In this document: positions 13,320-26,900 of the stretch, one piece after another
How the letters are laid out: every line of letters begins with the position of its first letter
How positions within the stretch are numbered: position 1 is the first letter of the stretch
Origin: Cyanophora paradoxa CCMP329
Taxonomy: Eukaryota > Plantae > Glaucophyta
Direction: 5' to 3'
Length of the DNA: 64,000 nt
NCBI GenBank assembly: GCA_004431415.1
Contig: QPMI01000484.1
Coordinates: 202,437-266,436, forward strand
Notes under the pieces: generated by a model
What the model was told of the DNA's origin: nothing
Database searches by the model: none
The model's input: only the letters and a program-made list of their open reading frames with translations
Made by a program: the position numbers and the translations under genes

Positions 13320-14334
13320 GAGAGATCGGACGAGAAGAGAAAATTAAGTGAAGAGAGGGCATTATATGGAATTCGAAAGGGGTGATCGAAGTCTAGAGGA
13401 GAAGATTATATATAATTAACTCGTAGATCGAGTAGAACGGGAACCTAGCTATATATATATATAGCGCTAGCGCTTGCATGATCGAGGCGTCTAGAGACTG
13501 TACATGTGTCCGGTAATTCACCAAAAAAAAAGAGGCGAATTCGAAGGAATTCTTTGAATTTAGGAGAAACACGTGCACGTGCACGTAGCGAACTTCGACG
13601 GGATGCGCTGCAGCTGGAATTCTGGCGCGCTGGACCACGGGTCCCTCATTCTCGCTGCGATCGACATCTCCGAAAACACTATAGCTAGTACTGAGCGCGC
13701 GGTTGCGCATGCGCGCAGAAATTAGAAAAAGCTTAAGGTGCATGCATGAAGAAGAGCGCGCGAACGAGCGCGCACGTGCACGTGATCTCCAGCTGCGACG
13801 TCGATCGACGTCAACGTCGATATTTTCTCGAGCTCAGCTAGCTACGTCCTTCAAGGCTTCCCGCGCGCCTGCAGCGCTAGGGCTTCGTTGCGAAAATTAA
13901 TTATAAGCGAAGAGAGGGCATTATAATAAAGGAGGGAGTGGGGGAAGTGACCGGGCCGGCCGGTGCACGTTCAGGGTCTAGAGGGGAAGGTGGAACAAGA
14001 TCTAGAAGGGGAATTCTAGAGGGGACAATTGCAAGGGATCTAGAGGAGACAATATAGCACATTGGGCCATCCCCCCCCCCCCCCCCCCCCCCCCCCCCGC
14101 ACTCACGCACATTAAGAGATAACAGAGCAATCACAAATCAAAGATATAGCAGACAGTCGCAGAATACATAATCATAAGGTACAATATATCACGGTAAATT
14201 TAAGGGCACGGTCATAAGAACGAGAACTAGCACGAAAAGAAGTAGTAGAAGAGCTGATATTTGATTTGAGCACGTGACTCGAAGTGATTGCTATAAATAA
14301 TGCAGTAACGCCTCCGCAGGCCTCGCCGCGCGGG

Positions 14335-17300
14335 CTAGACCCAGAGCGAGACGAACGAAGCCGATGCGGGGCCGCCGCCTCCTCCGGCGCCGGCGGCGAG
14401 CGGGGCGCGGAGGCCGGCCTCGCGCGCCACGCGGGCGGCCGCCTCCGCCGCCTCTGCCGCCGCCGCCGCGTCGCCGGCCCAGCGGGCGAGCTGCAGGCCC
14501 GCCGCCGCCTCCCACGGCCGCAGACCGCTCCGCCCGAACGCGTCGCGCGCCGCCCGCAGCCGCGCGGCGCGGCGGCCCGGCGGGCCGAGGTGCGCGGCCG
14601 CCAGCTCCACGAATGGCGCAAGCGCCGGCACGCGTCGCCGGGAGGCTTCGGAGAGCAGCGCGGCCGCCCGCCGGGCGAACGCCTCGGCCCGCTGCACGTC
14701 CGACAGCTCCGCCGGGAGCGCTGGCGCCGCCGCCGCCGCCGCGGGATCGAGATGCGAGAAGCCCACTCGGGGGCCGCCGCGTCCGCAGAGGCGGCTCCAG
14801 AGGCCGGCGGGCGGGGCCGGGGCGTCTCGTCGGCCGGCCTCCGCCGCGCGGGCGCTGTCCCGCCACCACAACGCAAATTCACAGATGAGGATCGGGAGGA
14901 CTGCCGCGACGCGTGCAAGCGCGCGCGGCACCGGGATCGGTCAGCCAAAGGCTTGACGAAAGACAGCGAATCAACGTTATTTAGATTCGAGGGCTTGCTT
15001 TAAGGAAGCTTTAATTTAGACAAGCTTTGGGCTCGAAGGAAGACAAAGAAAGAAATTCTAATTCGAAGCTCACGGATTCGGTTCCAGAGGAACTAGCTTA
15101 GAGATCATAGATAGATATTTAGTTAGATTCAAGCTCATTAGTTAGATTATGTTAGTTAGTTAGTTAGATCATAGAAGCTAAAAGATAGATAGATCATAGT
15201 TAGATAAGTTAGTTAGATCATAAATAGATAGTTAGGAAGATTCGAGCTCACGGATTCGGTGCCAGAGGAGGGCCTGCATTTCGATGGCGAGGGAGGCAGC
15301 CGCGCCCTCAAAGAAGCGGAGAGCAGAGAGGGCGTCCCCGGCGCGCCAAGCCAGCACCTAAGGCCGCGCGGCGTTCAAAATTAATGCGCGCGCGCGCATG
15401 AAACAAAGCAAACGCACAGCGCCGGCCAGTCCGGTGGTCTGCATGTACCACGAGCGGCCGATGCGCTCCTCGGAGAAGCTCTGGACGGGGAAGGTTCAGA
15501 GTCAGAACTCGAGTCAAACTACTAGAACTGTAGCCCGGCAATTCGCGCTCACGGCGCGGGAGCGCTGGAAGAGGGCGTCCGCCCGGTCGTGGTGCCCCTG
15601 CAGCAGCGCCGCCATGCACTTGACCGCCGTGCACGTCGCCACGACTGCGCAGCGCGCGCGCGCGGGCGGCTCAGAGGCCGCCGCGGGGCGCGCGGGGGCG
15701 GGGGCGGGGGCGGGGGCGGCGGGGCGGACAGATAGATAGATAAAAAAGATAGATAGATGTTTAGATAGATAGATAGACAGATAGATAGATAGAATATGTC
15801 GCGGCTCGCGGAAATTGCACTGGGCGCACAGGTCTCGGAGAGGCCGAGGCGCGAGTTCATGTTCGCGGCCTCCTCGCACACGCGCTCCGACGCCGCCAGA
15901 TTGCCCTGCGCGCGCGCCCAAGCGTTATAATTAGCGCAAGCTCAAGTCAAGGTCGAGGTCGCCCCTGGAGCTTTGGTAGGCGAAGGGGGCGCGCGGACCG
16001 TGAGGAAGAGTGCAATGGCGAAGGAGGAGCGGTTGTTGAGGTTGTCGGGGTGGTCCCCCCCCAGCCGCACCGTCCGCGCCCACGCCTCCACGCCCTCCAC
16101 GAACCTGATACTTATGCGTAAGAGGCGGCGATACATATATCGATGGATTGGCAGCAGGCCGGTTCTCAGAGTCTTCGAGGCGCACTTATGTACTTATGTG
16201 CAAGGGGCAATAGTAATAGTACTGAAGGCAAGCTGAAGGCAATAGTACTTATGTGCAAGGGGCGGCGATATGGGCAGCTGGCCGGTCCTTTTCTAGAGGC
16301 GCACCGGCCCTCACGGCAGAGCTGCATGCCGCGCTGGTGGGCCGCCGAGCTGCTCGGGATGCCGCCCCCCAGGCGCTCCGCCAGCTCCTCGACCCCCTCC
16401 AGGAGCGCCTGCGCCCTCTTCTGGTTCCCAGTGATTGCGTCCAGCACCACTGCATAGAAAATAGAAGGCTTAGATTAGCCAAGAACTATTCAAATTAAAG
16501 CTCAGAATCGGGTAACACAAGAGGCAGGCAGACGGACCCGTGAAGTTCCCGCGCACTCGGACGTCCGCTAGGGCCAGGGCCTCGGCGGGGGTACCCAGGC
16601 TGATCTCGTACGCCCGCGAGATGGGTACGATGAGCCGCGCCAGGTGCTCCTTCGAGCGCGCGGGGGTCGCCCCAATGCGCGAGAGCGACCTGGGCCGGCG
16701 GTGACGTCACGGCGTTGGCGGTGACGTCACGGCATTGGTTGGCGGGGCGCCGGATTCGAACCACATGACGATGAGGGAGCAATCTAGGATGGCCAAGCGT
16801 CGGGCGAGGAGCGTCGGGCTGGCCAGGAGGTCGGCGGCCGCGGCCGCCGGGGGAGCCGCATCGGACGCCCGGCCGAGGCGCCAGACCCGGAACAGCGCCC
16901 GGGCGAGCGCCAGGGGTGACCCCGTGTTCTGCGCGAGCGGCTCGCCCAGGGTCCCCAGGCTCGCCGCCTACCCACACGTCAAGCAAGAAGGGGTAAGCTC
17001 AGGGGGGTACAGCGCACGGCGAGCTCCTGAGCGATGTGGTACTTCCCCTCGTAGTAGCGCACCCGCGCCCAGCTCCGCAGCGCGCAGCCGCGCACGACAG
17101 CCCACGCCGCCTGCTTGGAGGGGCCGCCCGGCGTCGCGGAGGGGTCGACTTCGCTTGGACGGCGGCCGGCGGGGGCCTCGGCCTCCGCGCGGGCGGCCCG
17201 GGGCACGGGCGGCGCGTCGGGCCCCGCCAGCCCGAGCCCGTCGATCGCCTCCACGACCTCCGCGTTCAGCCGAGCTGCCGAAGCGCGTGGGCGGGCAAGC

Positions 17301-20300
17301 GGGCGCAGCGGGGCGGAAATTCGATGGAAATGCACGCACCGGCCTCGGCCAGTGCGTTGGTGGCCATCGCGTGCTCGGCGGCGCGCACGAGGTACCCCAG
17401 CGCCTTCTCCGGCATCCCGCCGAGCCGGTAGTGCATCCTGCGCACACGCGCCGATCGCGCGCGGCCCGTCGGAAATGTGTGGAAATTGGAGACGTGCAGG
17501 GCGGGGCCGGGGCGCACGCGAGGGCGGCGAGGTCGTGGCCATCGTCTTTGGAGCGGGCCTCGAGCCAGCGGCCGGCGGCCGCGTGCAGCTCCCGCCGCTG
17601 CGTCCTCAGCATCGCATTGTACACCGCGTCCTGTCGCCGAGCCCGCCCCATTAGCTAAAGCACCTACATTCACAAAGGAGCGCTGGCGGACCCGCGTGAG
17701 GGCGTGGAAGAACGAGAAGGGCAGGTCCAGCGGGGGCCAGTCCGCCGCCGGCTGTCCCCCGTCCTCCTCGTCGTCCTCGTCCTCGTCCCCCTCGTCAAGG
17801 TCTTCGATCTCTTTGGGCGGCGCCGGGCCCCCCTCCCGCTCCTGCCACCGCCGTCAGCGAACGTGCGGAGGCGCGGCGAGCGGCTGCGATAGGCACCAGG
17901 ATGAGGTTGGCGGCGCGGAGGGTGCGGAAGGCCCGCCGGACGCGCTCGGGGCTGCTGGCGCCGCCCGCGACGGCCCACACCGACTCGGCCGTGAAGCCCG
18001 AGCCCAGCGTGGCGGCCACCTTCAGCACCGCCTGCGCGCGCGCCGGCAGCCGGTCCGTCCTCGCCAGCACGATTTGCTGCGCGCCGCGTCACGGCGGGGC
18101 GGGGGCGGGGGCCGGTCGGGGCGGGGGGACCTGGATGGAGTCCGGGACGACGAAGTCGGGGGCGGCGGGGCCGGCGAGGGAGTGGCGGCAGAGCTCGACG
18201 AGAAAGAGCGGCACGCCGGCCGCCTTCGCCAGCACCGACTCCGCCGCCGCCTGCCGGCCGCCGGCATCGGCGACGGATCCGGAGCAGCGGCGCGCTGGGG
18301 CGAGGGAGGGCGCGCGCGCACCGGCGGGAGCTGCACGGACATGCGCTCCGCGAGGCTCTGCGCGAGCGGCGTCAGGTCAGATCTGATCCGATCTGATCTG
18401 AGCTGAGGGGGCGCACGAGGAAGAGGGCGCGAGCCGCGTCGGGCGGGAGGGGCCCGAGGCGGATGAGGGAGACCTGTGGGGACGGTTGAGGCCGGGCGGG
18501 GCGCAGCGAGTGGAAGCGAGGGCCGGGCGGGGCGGGGCGGGGCGGGGCGGAGGCAGCAGCGGGCGCGCCTGCACGGGGTGGCGGAGGGGCGGGAGCATCC
18601 CGTCGCGGAAGAGCGGCTCGCGCTTGGGCGTTCCGGCCTCGGATGGCGTTCGGGTGGTGTTGAGCTTGGGCGATGCTTCGGCCCCGGTTCCGCTGCCGTT
18701 GACGTTCCGGCGGTCCGATTTCGAATCCGGATCGGCGAGGGCAGCCAAACCGCCGGCGGCTGCCTTCATCCGGACTGGAGGCTCGCCTTCGCCCCCGACG
18801 CCCTCGCCCCCCCTTTTCTGGCTATGGGGGCTGGCGTCCCCCAGGTCTCCTCCCCGGGCCGGTAGAGGCGGCCTCGGCCCTTCCTCCCCGCCTCCGCCGC
18901 CCGCGAGGTGGACCGCCGTGTCGTCCAGCTGTACCCGGCCAGCTTCGCGTGAGGGGCGAGGCCCAACGAACGCAAGCAGCGCTCGTTCGATCGATATCGC
19001 ACCTGCCCCGACAGGATGAGGTAGTCGCGGGGGACGGTGGCGGGCGGCATGGGCCGCGACGCGATGACGAGCAGCGCCGAGCGGACAGTGTCGCGCACGC
19101 AGCGGATCACGAACCAGCTCGCCGAGTCCAGCCTGCGAGAAGCAGCGTTACATTGCAGCTCAAGGACGGGGCGCGGGGTTTCGCCGAACAAACAAACGGA
19201 CCAGTGGGCGTCCTGCGCGGCGGACGGCGTCGGCGGTCAGCGGACAAAATAGAAATGTGGCCGCACGACGCGAACCTCGAGCACTATGGCGACGCGCTTG
19301 GCGGGTGCCGGCGCCGGTGCCGGTGCCGGTGCCGCGAGAGCTGCAGGCCCGGCCGCGGACCCCGCCACTGGAAAGAACCCGTCTTGCTCCAAGGCCAGGA
19401 CCAACCTTCGGCGGAGTCCCTGGAATGAGGCGCGCGCGCGTGCGCGGCACAAGTGGGGGCGGGCGGGCGGGCGGGCCCGAGGGCCACGGCTCACCGAGAG
19501 AAGGCGTTCGACACGCGGGCTATCGGCCCCGCGCCGAAGAGGGGTAGAAGGCCACGTCCGGATGCGGCCTTGCCCCCCGACAGGGACGCGGCGCCGCCGT
19601 AAAAAGACATCGCGTTTCGGCTGTGTCGGCCCCTGAAGGAATCCTGGCCCCGAGCCGCCTCATCGTCCGCGGCAGGAGCCGCTTCGCTCTCTGTCGGCGC
19701 CCAACGCGTCAGCGGCGGCGGCGGCGGCGGCGGCGGCTCGGCTCGGGATCGACGACGCGAGAAACGGGGCGCACCGAAGGCGCCGAAGAGGCAGTCCCAG
19801 AAGAGCTTGGCGTCGGCGGCGCTGGCGAGGCCGCGGCCGGCGAGGTCCCGCCGCAGCGCCTCCCCGCTCGACACGTCGGCCACGGACGCGAGGAGGCCCC
19901 GCAGGCCCCACAGCGGCGTCGACTCCTGCCGCGCAGCCGCCGTCGGTCGGCGCCGGCGGCGGCGGCGGGCGGGGCGCAGCGGGCCGGGCGGCGGCCCCCG
20001 CGGACCTCGACGGCCGTGGCGTCGGCGCGCAGGACGCGGACGCCCCGCGCCGCGCACTCCCGCGTCACCTCCTGCAGCAGCCGCGACTTGCCGTACCCTG
20101 CGCGCCGCAGCGGCGCTCGGCAGACGCTCCGGCAAAGCAGAGCGATTGGGGGCGCGCGCGCGCCGGCGGGGCCTTCGATGACGACGGTGCCGCCCTCGCC
20201 CTCGGCGCAGAGGCGATCCACAGCCGCCAGCGCCCGCCCCAGCTCCTCCCCGCTGCGTCGGAAACTCAGTCGGAAGTTCGCATATCGACACGGGCCCGCG

Positions 20301-23300
20301 CGCGCGCGAGCGCGCACCGTCCGACGCAGGCGTGCGGCGCCCTCCGACCACCGTTCCCCGAGGGAGTCACCGGGTCGTCCGAGGCCGCTCCCAGTAATCC
20401 TAGGCCTCCGATTGCCTCCGGCTGCGTTCGAATGAGCCTTGAATTTGCAGTCGGGGCGACGACGGAAACAGCGTACCCCATCCGGGTCCGCCACCGTTCC
20501 TCTCGGGGGGCGATACGTGACCAGCGGCCTGCGGAACACGCGTTCGGGCAAAACAAATCAGAAAAGCCGCAGGGCAGAATTGGCGCATGCTCGACTCGCC
20601 TCTCGGCGTTGTGCGCGGGGTGCGGATCGCTGCGCGACGGGCTGTACGCGTGGAGCGGGTCTTGGAAGCCTTTCGCGAGCACCGGCGGCAGGCCCGCAAA
20701 AGAGAGACCCTGCGATCGCGAGCACTCAGCGCAAGCCGAATCCGGGGCCTTCGGGATTCGAACCGACGGCCTGCCACGGTCCTTGATGGAGGCCACGACG
20801 CTGGCGTCGCAGAAGACCCGCTGCTGCGCCGCGGCCGGGCCCGGGCCCCGCTCCGCGGCGACCGCCTCCCGCGCGGCGCTCATGAGGCGCGCGGCGATGA
20901 TCTGCGCCCCGAGGCTCGGCGGCGGGCGAGGGAGAGGGCGGGCCGGGGGCGCCCGCACCACGCAGTCGCCGATTACGGCGTACTCCTTCCTGCACGGCGC
21001 GCCGAGGCTCCCGCAGAAGGACCGCCCAGCCGCCACCTGCGCCCCGCCGCGCCCGACGGTCGGGCCGGCAGACGGGAGGCGAGCGGGGCGGGGGCGTGGC
21101 GCACGCCGCAGGCGAAGGGGGCGGAGGAGGCGGCGAACCACTCCTGGAGCGCCAGCGCCAGCCGCACCGCCCGCTCTGCTCGCGGCCGCGTCGATCAGCG
21201 CCGGCGGCGCCGCAGAGAGCGCAGGGCGAGAAGCTAGAGCCAAGGGCGCACCGTCGTCGTCCTCGTGGCTGTGCTGGTTGATCCCGAACGCGAGCAGCGC
21301 GCTCGCCCCTTGTCGTCGCTGCCCGAAGCGCGTCAGAGGCCCGGGGGGGGGGGGGGGGGGGGGGGGGGCGAGGGGGGGAGTGCGTGAAGGGGAAGGGGGG
21401 GGGGCGAAGGCGAGGGCGGCAAGGGGCGAAAGATGGTGGGGAGACGGGGGGGGGAGGGGTGGATGGGGTGGATTGCGTGAAGGGAGGGCGGAGAAGCGGG
21501 ATGGGCAAAAGGGGGGTAACGTAATGAAGAAGGGGGCGGGGTATGGTACTGGAGTGATGGGGGGTTGGAGGAGGGGGGGTGGGGGTGGGGTGGGGGGGGG
21601 CGGGGAAGGGGGCCCAGAGCGCACATGACGATCTTGTTGACGCTGCCCTCGTACTCGGCCGTCGCCCGGTGCACGGAGCGCACGACCTGAGCGAAGCGCG
21701 CCGCGTGCCGCGCGGAGCGCCCGCTGTGCTTCCCCTCGCCGGCCGCGACCGCCAGGTCCAGCTCGGGGAACGACGCTGCGCGGGGTACGGACTCGTCACC
21801 CAAGTCCACAGACGGGCCGGGGCCGGGACGGGGCGCGCTGGGGGCGGCGCGCGGACCGAAGAGGACGACGATGCGGCGGATGTCGTCGCCGAAGAAGCTG
21901 GCGCCCCGCCCGCCCCGGCCGCTGCGGGCCCGCCCGCGTGAGGCCGGCGCGGCGCCCCGCGGCGCGGCGCGGCGCGTGCGGCGGGCACCGGGTGCGAGGG
22001 AGAGGAGCTCGCCGGCGAAGGGCGCGAGGGCCGCCGCGTCGGCCTCCGCCGAGGCCCGCAGCGGCGCCCCGCAGCCGCACACGCCCCCGGCCGGGGCGCC
22101 GGCGCCGCCGCCGGGAGGGGCGTCCGCCGAGGCGGCGAGCGGCATCGAGGACACGATTCGGGCTTGCCGTGCGGGATGGAGAGGCGGTAGAGGGATCGGC
22201 CGGCGACGGGCGGGACGGGCTCCGCGTCGTACCCCTCCAGCAGGGCGTACATCTCCGCGGAGACGACGATCTCCTCGTCCTTGCTCGCCCGCTGCGCCGC
22301 CGCCACCTGCGCGCCGCCAGCTCGGCTCAGATCGGATCGGATCAGATCAGATCTGAGGGGCGGCGCGCCTGGGCGACGAGGTCGCCGGCGAAGAGCAGCT
22401 GGCCCGCCCGCTCGCCGCCCGCACGAGGTACGTCTGCAGCTCGCCGGCCCCTGCGCCCGCGTCAGCGCCGGCGGGCGGGGCGGGGCGGGCCGGGCGGGGC
22501 GGGGCGGGGCGGGGCGGGGCGAGGCGGACCGCAGCCGGTGTGGGAGCGGAGGGCGACGCCGGCGCGCTCGAAGGCGATGCCGCGGACGTCGAGTGCGGCC
22601 TCGACGGCGAGCCGCGCCGCGTCGCGCAGCGCCGCCGCGCCGCCCGCCGCCGCCGCTGGCACGAACGCCACCAGCGCGTCCCCGAGGAAGAGCAGCACCT
22701 CCGCCCCGCGCGCGTGCAGCCGCGAGATGAGCTGCTGCAGGAAGAGGTTCAGCTGCGACGTCAGCTGCGCGCGCGCGCGCGCTCCGTCAGCCTTCGCGCG
22801 GGTCCGGGCGGCAGCGCCGTGCGCGGGGCCGCACCTTCTCCGCGCCGTGGGCGGCGTCGGAGCGGGCGAGGGAGCGCGCGAGCTGCGAGAAGCCGGCGAC
22901 GTCGACGAAGAGGGCCGCGCCGCGCTCCGACGCGATGGCGGAGCGGGCGCCGCCCTGCAGCTCGCCGAGCGCGGGGAGGCTCCGCGCCAGGAGCGACGCC
23001 GGCACGTACGGCAGCGCCGCTGAAAGCTCCTGCTGCGCGTGGCCGTGGTTCTTCTGTGCGAGATTCAGATTCACATAGCTGGGCCGGCCGCGGCGGCTGG
23101 TGCTCATGCTCTCGCGGATGTCTCCGATCGCTGATAGCACAAGATCCTTCCGGCTGCTGCGCATGCTCTCGCGGGTCTCCCCGCCCGTTGACGACGGCGT
23201 TGCGAGGTCTTTCCGCGAAAGTATTGCAATCGCGGCACTTGCCGCTTCCGCTTCGCTCTCAGAACTGCTCCGCACGAGCGATTGCAAGCTCAAGTGATGC

Positions 23301-23386
23301 ACATGTCGACCAGCGGCTGCGGCTGGCGCCGCTGCCGCAGCTTGTTGCTTGCCTGTTAGGCCTACAGCCGCCCCAGACCTCGGCAT
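14335..23386 (-). CDS. Soluble adenylate cyclase-like protein, copy A (two class III cyclase domains + STAND NTPase + helical/TPR-like region), many introns
   Basis: ALFVDVAGFSQL...AEK|LTSQLNLF...FLGDALVAF (C1); EYEGSVNKIV..DDKG and GSLGAPCRKEYAVIGD (C2); IEGPAG|YGKSRLL Walker A; AAGVPLFLVEL GxP motif; RTDRLPARAQAVLKVAATLG; DAVYNAML. This is the ADCY10-like architecture. Confidence 0.8.
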
Positions 23387-23987
23387 TTCGTGTGGCGCAC
23401 AAGCAGGCCTAGTGAGCGAGAATCCGTAAGGCTGCGGCCCTGGCTGCGGCTGTGTCCGACTGCCGCATTTGCATGCGCAGTCCGCGCGCGCGGCTGCAAG
23501 CGCCGGACCAGCCTGGCAGCTCGCCGACCAACTGCCTTATACTGCCAGTGCGGCTGCGGCCGCGGCTACCGAAGCGCTGCGGCAGTGCGCTGCGTCGCGC
23601 ATGCATGCGCAAGCTGCGGCATGACGCTCTAGAGGCCGGGGGGGGGGGGGGGGCGGGGGGGGGACGGTCCAAAGTTCTATATTTAGACGTACATGCAGAT
23701 CCCAATTGCAATTCGTTATAAGCCCGGTCCCCAGCCCAATATATATATGCATGCGTATATGCACATACCTTTGCCGTACCCACCATAGCTACCTCGCGGC
23801 CCTCCTCGCTGCTGCAGCGCCGGCTAGCTGCGCACTGGCATGACTAGTACTGCGCGTACGTATACGTAGTATACCGATCGCGCGATGATCATGACCAGGC
23901 CAAGGCCTGCAGCAGCTGACGTTGTCCGGCAAGCGGGTCCTGCTGTCTGGCCGCCTCTCGCTCGCTAGGCCTGTTTGTTCCAGACCG

Positions 23988-26900
23988 ATGCCGAGGCCTG
24001 GAGTGGTCCCGGGCCAAGGCGGCGGTCCAGCCGCAGCAGCGACAGCGGCCGGCGCCGGCGCTGCAGCGGCTGCACGACACAACCTGCAATCGCTCGGGCG
24101 GAGCAGTTCTGACAGCGACGCGGGACCTGCAAATGCCGCGATTGCAATACTTTCGCGGAAAGACCTTGCAACGCCCTCATCAACGGGCGAGAGCGCTAGC
24201 ATGCGCAGCAGCGCTAGCCGGAAAGTGCTTGCGAAGTCACCATCGATGGTCGGGGACAGCCGCGGGGGCAACTGCGTGAACCTCGAACTCGCGTCCAAGA
24301 CCCACGCGCAGCAGGAGCGATCAGCGGCGCTGCCGTACGTGCCGGCGTCGCTCCTGGCGCGGAGCCTCCCCGCGCTCGGCGAGCTGCAGGGCGGCGCCCG
24401 CTCCGCCATCGCGTCGGAGCGCGGCGCGGCCCTCTTCGTCGACGTCGCCGGCTTCTCGCAGCTCGCGCGCTCCCTCGCCCGCTCCGACGCCGCCCACGGC
24501 GCGGAGAAGGTGCGGCCCCGCGCACGGCGCTGCCGCCCGGACCCGCGCGAAGGCTGACGGAGCACGCGCGCGCGCGCAGCTGACGTCGCAGCTGAACCTC
24601 TTCCTGCAGCAGCTCATCTCGCGGCTGCACGCGCGCGGGGCGGAGGTGCTGCTCTTCCTCGGGGACGCGCTGGTGGCGTTCGTGCCAGCGGCGGCGGCGG
24701 GCGGCGCGGCGGCGCTGCGCGACGCGGCGCGGCTCGCCGTCGAGGCCGCCCTCGACGTCCGCGGCATCGCCTTCGAGCGCGCCGGCGTCGCCCTCCGCTC
24801 CCACACCGGCTGCGGTCCGCCCCGCCCCGCCCGCCCCGCCCCGCCCGCCCCGCCCCGCCCCGCCCCGCCGGCGCCGACGCGGGCGCAGGGGCCGGCGAGC
24901 TGCAGACGTACCTCGTGCGGGCGGGCGAGCGGGCGGGCCAGCTGCTCTTTGCCGGCGACCTCGTCGCCCAGGCGCGCCGCCCCTCAGATCTGATCTGATC
25001 CGATCCGATCTGAGCTGAGCGGGGCGGCGCGCAGGTGGCGGCGGCGCAGCGGGCGAGCAAGGACGAGGAGATCGTCGTCTCCGCGGAGATGTACGCCCTG
25101 CTGGAGGGGTACGACGCGGAGCCCGTCCCGCCCGTCGCCGGCCGATCCCTCTACCGCCTCTCCATCCCGCACGGCAAGCCCGATCGCGAATCTTCTCCTC
25201 GATGCCGCTCGCCGCCTCGGCGGACGCCCCTCCCGGCGGCGGCGGCGGCGCCCCGGCCGGGGGCGTGTGCGGCTGCGGGGCGCCGCTGCGGGCCTCGACG
25301 GAGGCCGACGCGGCGGCCCTCGCGCCCTTCGCCGGCGAGCTCCTCTCCCTCGCACCCGGTGCCCGCCGCACGCGCCGCGCCGCGCCGCGGGGCGCCGCGC
25401 CGGCCTCACGCGGGCGGGCCCGCAGCGGCCGGGGCGGGGCGGGGCGCCAGCTTCTTCGGCGACGACATCCGCCGCATCGTCGTCCTCTTCGGTCCGCGCG
25501 CCGCCCCAGCGCGCCCGTCCCGGCCCCGGCCCGTCTGTGGACTTGGGTGACGAGTCCGTACCCCGCGCAGCGTCGTTCCCCGAGCTGGACCTGGCGGTCG
25601 CGGCCGGCGAGGGGAAGCACAGCGGGCGCTCCGCGCGGCACGCGGCGCGCTTCGCTCAGGTCGTGCGCTCCGTGCACCGGGCGACGGCCGAGTACGAGGG
25701 CAGCGTCAACAAGATCGTCATGTGCGCATGCGCCCTTTCCCGCCACCCCCCTGCCCCCCTCCCCCCCCCTCCCCCCCGCCCCCCCTTTATCCCTCCCCAT
25801 CCCAACCCTCCTTGCCCATCCCGCTTTCCCTCCCCCCCTCTCTTGCCCCAGTACGTTACCCCCACTTGCCCATCCCGCTTCCCCCCTCCCCCCATTCACG
25901 CAATCCCCCTATCCCCCCTCCCATTCCTTCCTCTACCCCCCCTCCCCCCCCCGGCCCCTGACGCCCTTCGGGCAGCGACGACAAGGGGGCGAGCGCGCTG
26001 CTCGCGTTCGGGATCAACCAGCACAGCCACGAGGACGACGACGGCGCGCCCTTGGCTCTAGCTTCTCGCCCTGCGCTCTCTGCGGCGCCGCCGGCGCTGA
26101 TCGACGCGGCCGGCGGGCAGAGCGGGCGGTGCGGCTGGCGCTGGCGCTCCAGGAGTGGTTCGCCGCCTCCTCCGCCCCCTTCGCCTGCGGCGTGCGCCAC
26201 GCCCCCGCCCCGCTCGCCTCCCCTCTGCCGCCCCGACCGTCGGGCGGGGTGGGGCGCAGGTGGCGGCTGGGCGGTCCTTCTGCGGGAGCCTCGGCGCGCC
26301 GTGCAGGAAGGAGTACGCCGTGATCGGCGATTGCGTAGTGCGGGCGCCCCGGGCCCGCCCCGTCCCTCGCCCGCCGCCGAGCCTCGGAGCGCAGATCATC
26401 GCCGCGCGCCTCATGAGCGCCGCGCGGGAGGCGGTCGCCGCGGAGCGGGACCCGGGCCCGGCCGCGGCGCAGCAGCGGGTCTTCTGCGACGCCAGCGTCG
26501 TGGCCGCCATCAAGGACCGCGGCAGGCCGTCGGTTCGAATCCCGACGGCCCCGGATTTGGCTTGCGCTGAGCGCTCGCGATCGCAGGGCCTCTCGTTCGC
26601 GGGCCTGCCGCCGGTGCTCGCTAAAGGCTTCCAAGACCCGCTCCACGCGTACAGCCCGTCGCGCAGCGATCAGCATCCCGCGCGAAACGCGGAGAGGCGA
26701 GTCGAGCATGCTCCGCGTGCTCTGCGCCTCTCTGGACCTGTTCACGAGGCCTTTAGGCGCTCACTTGCGCTTCGCCTCGCAGGCCGCTCGCCACGGATCG
26801 AGAAGGGGCAGGAGATCCGGATGGGGTACGCTGTTTCCTTCGTCGCCTCGACTGCAAATCCAAGGCTCATTCGAACGCAGCCGGAGGCAATCGGAGGCCT

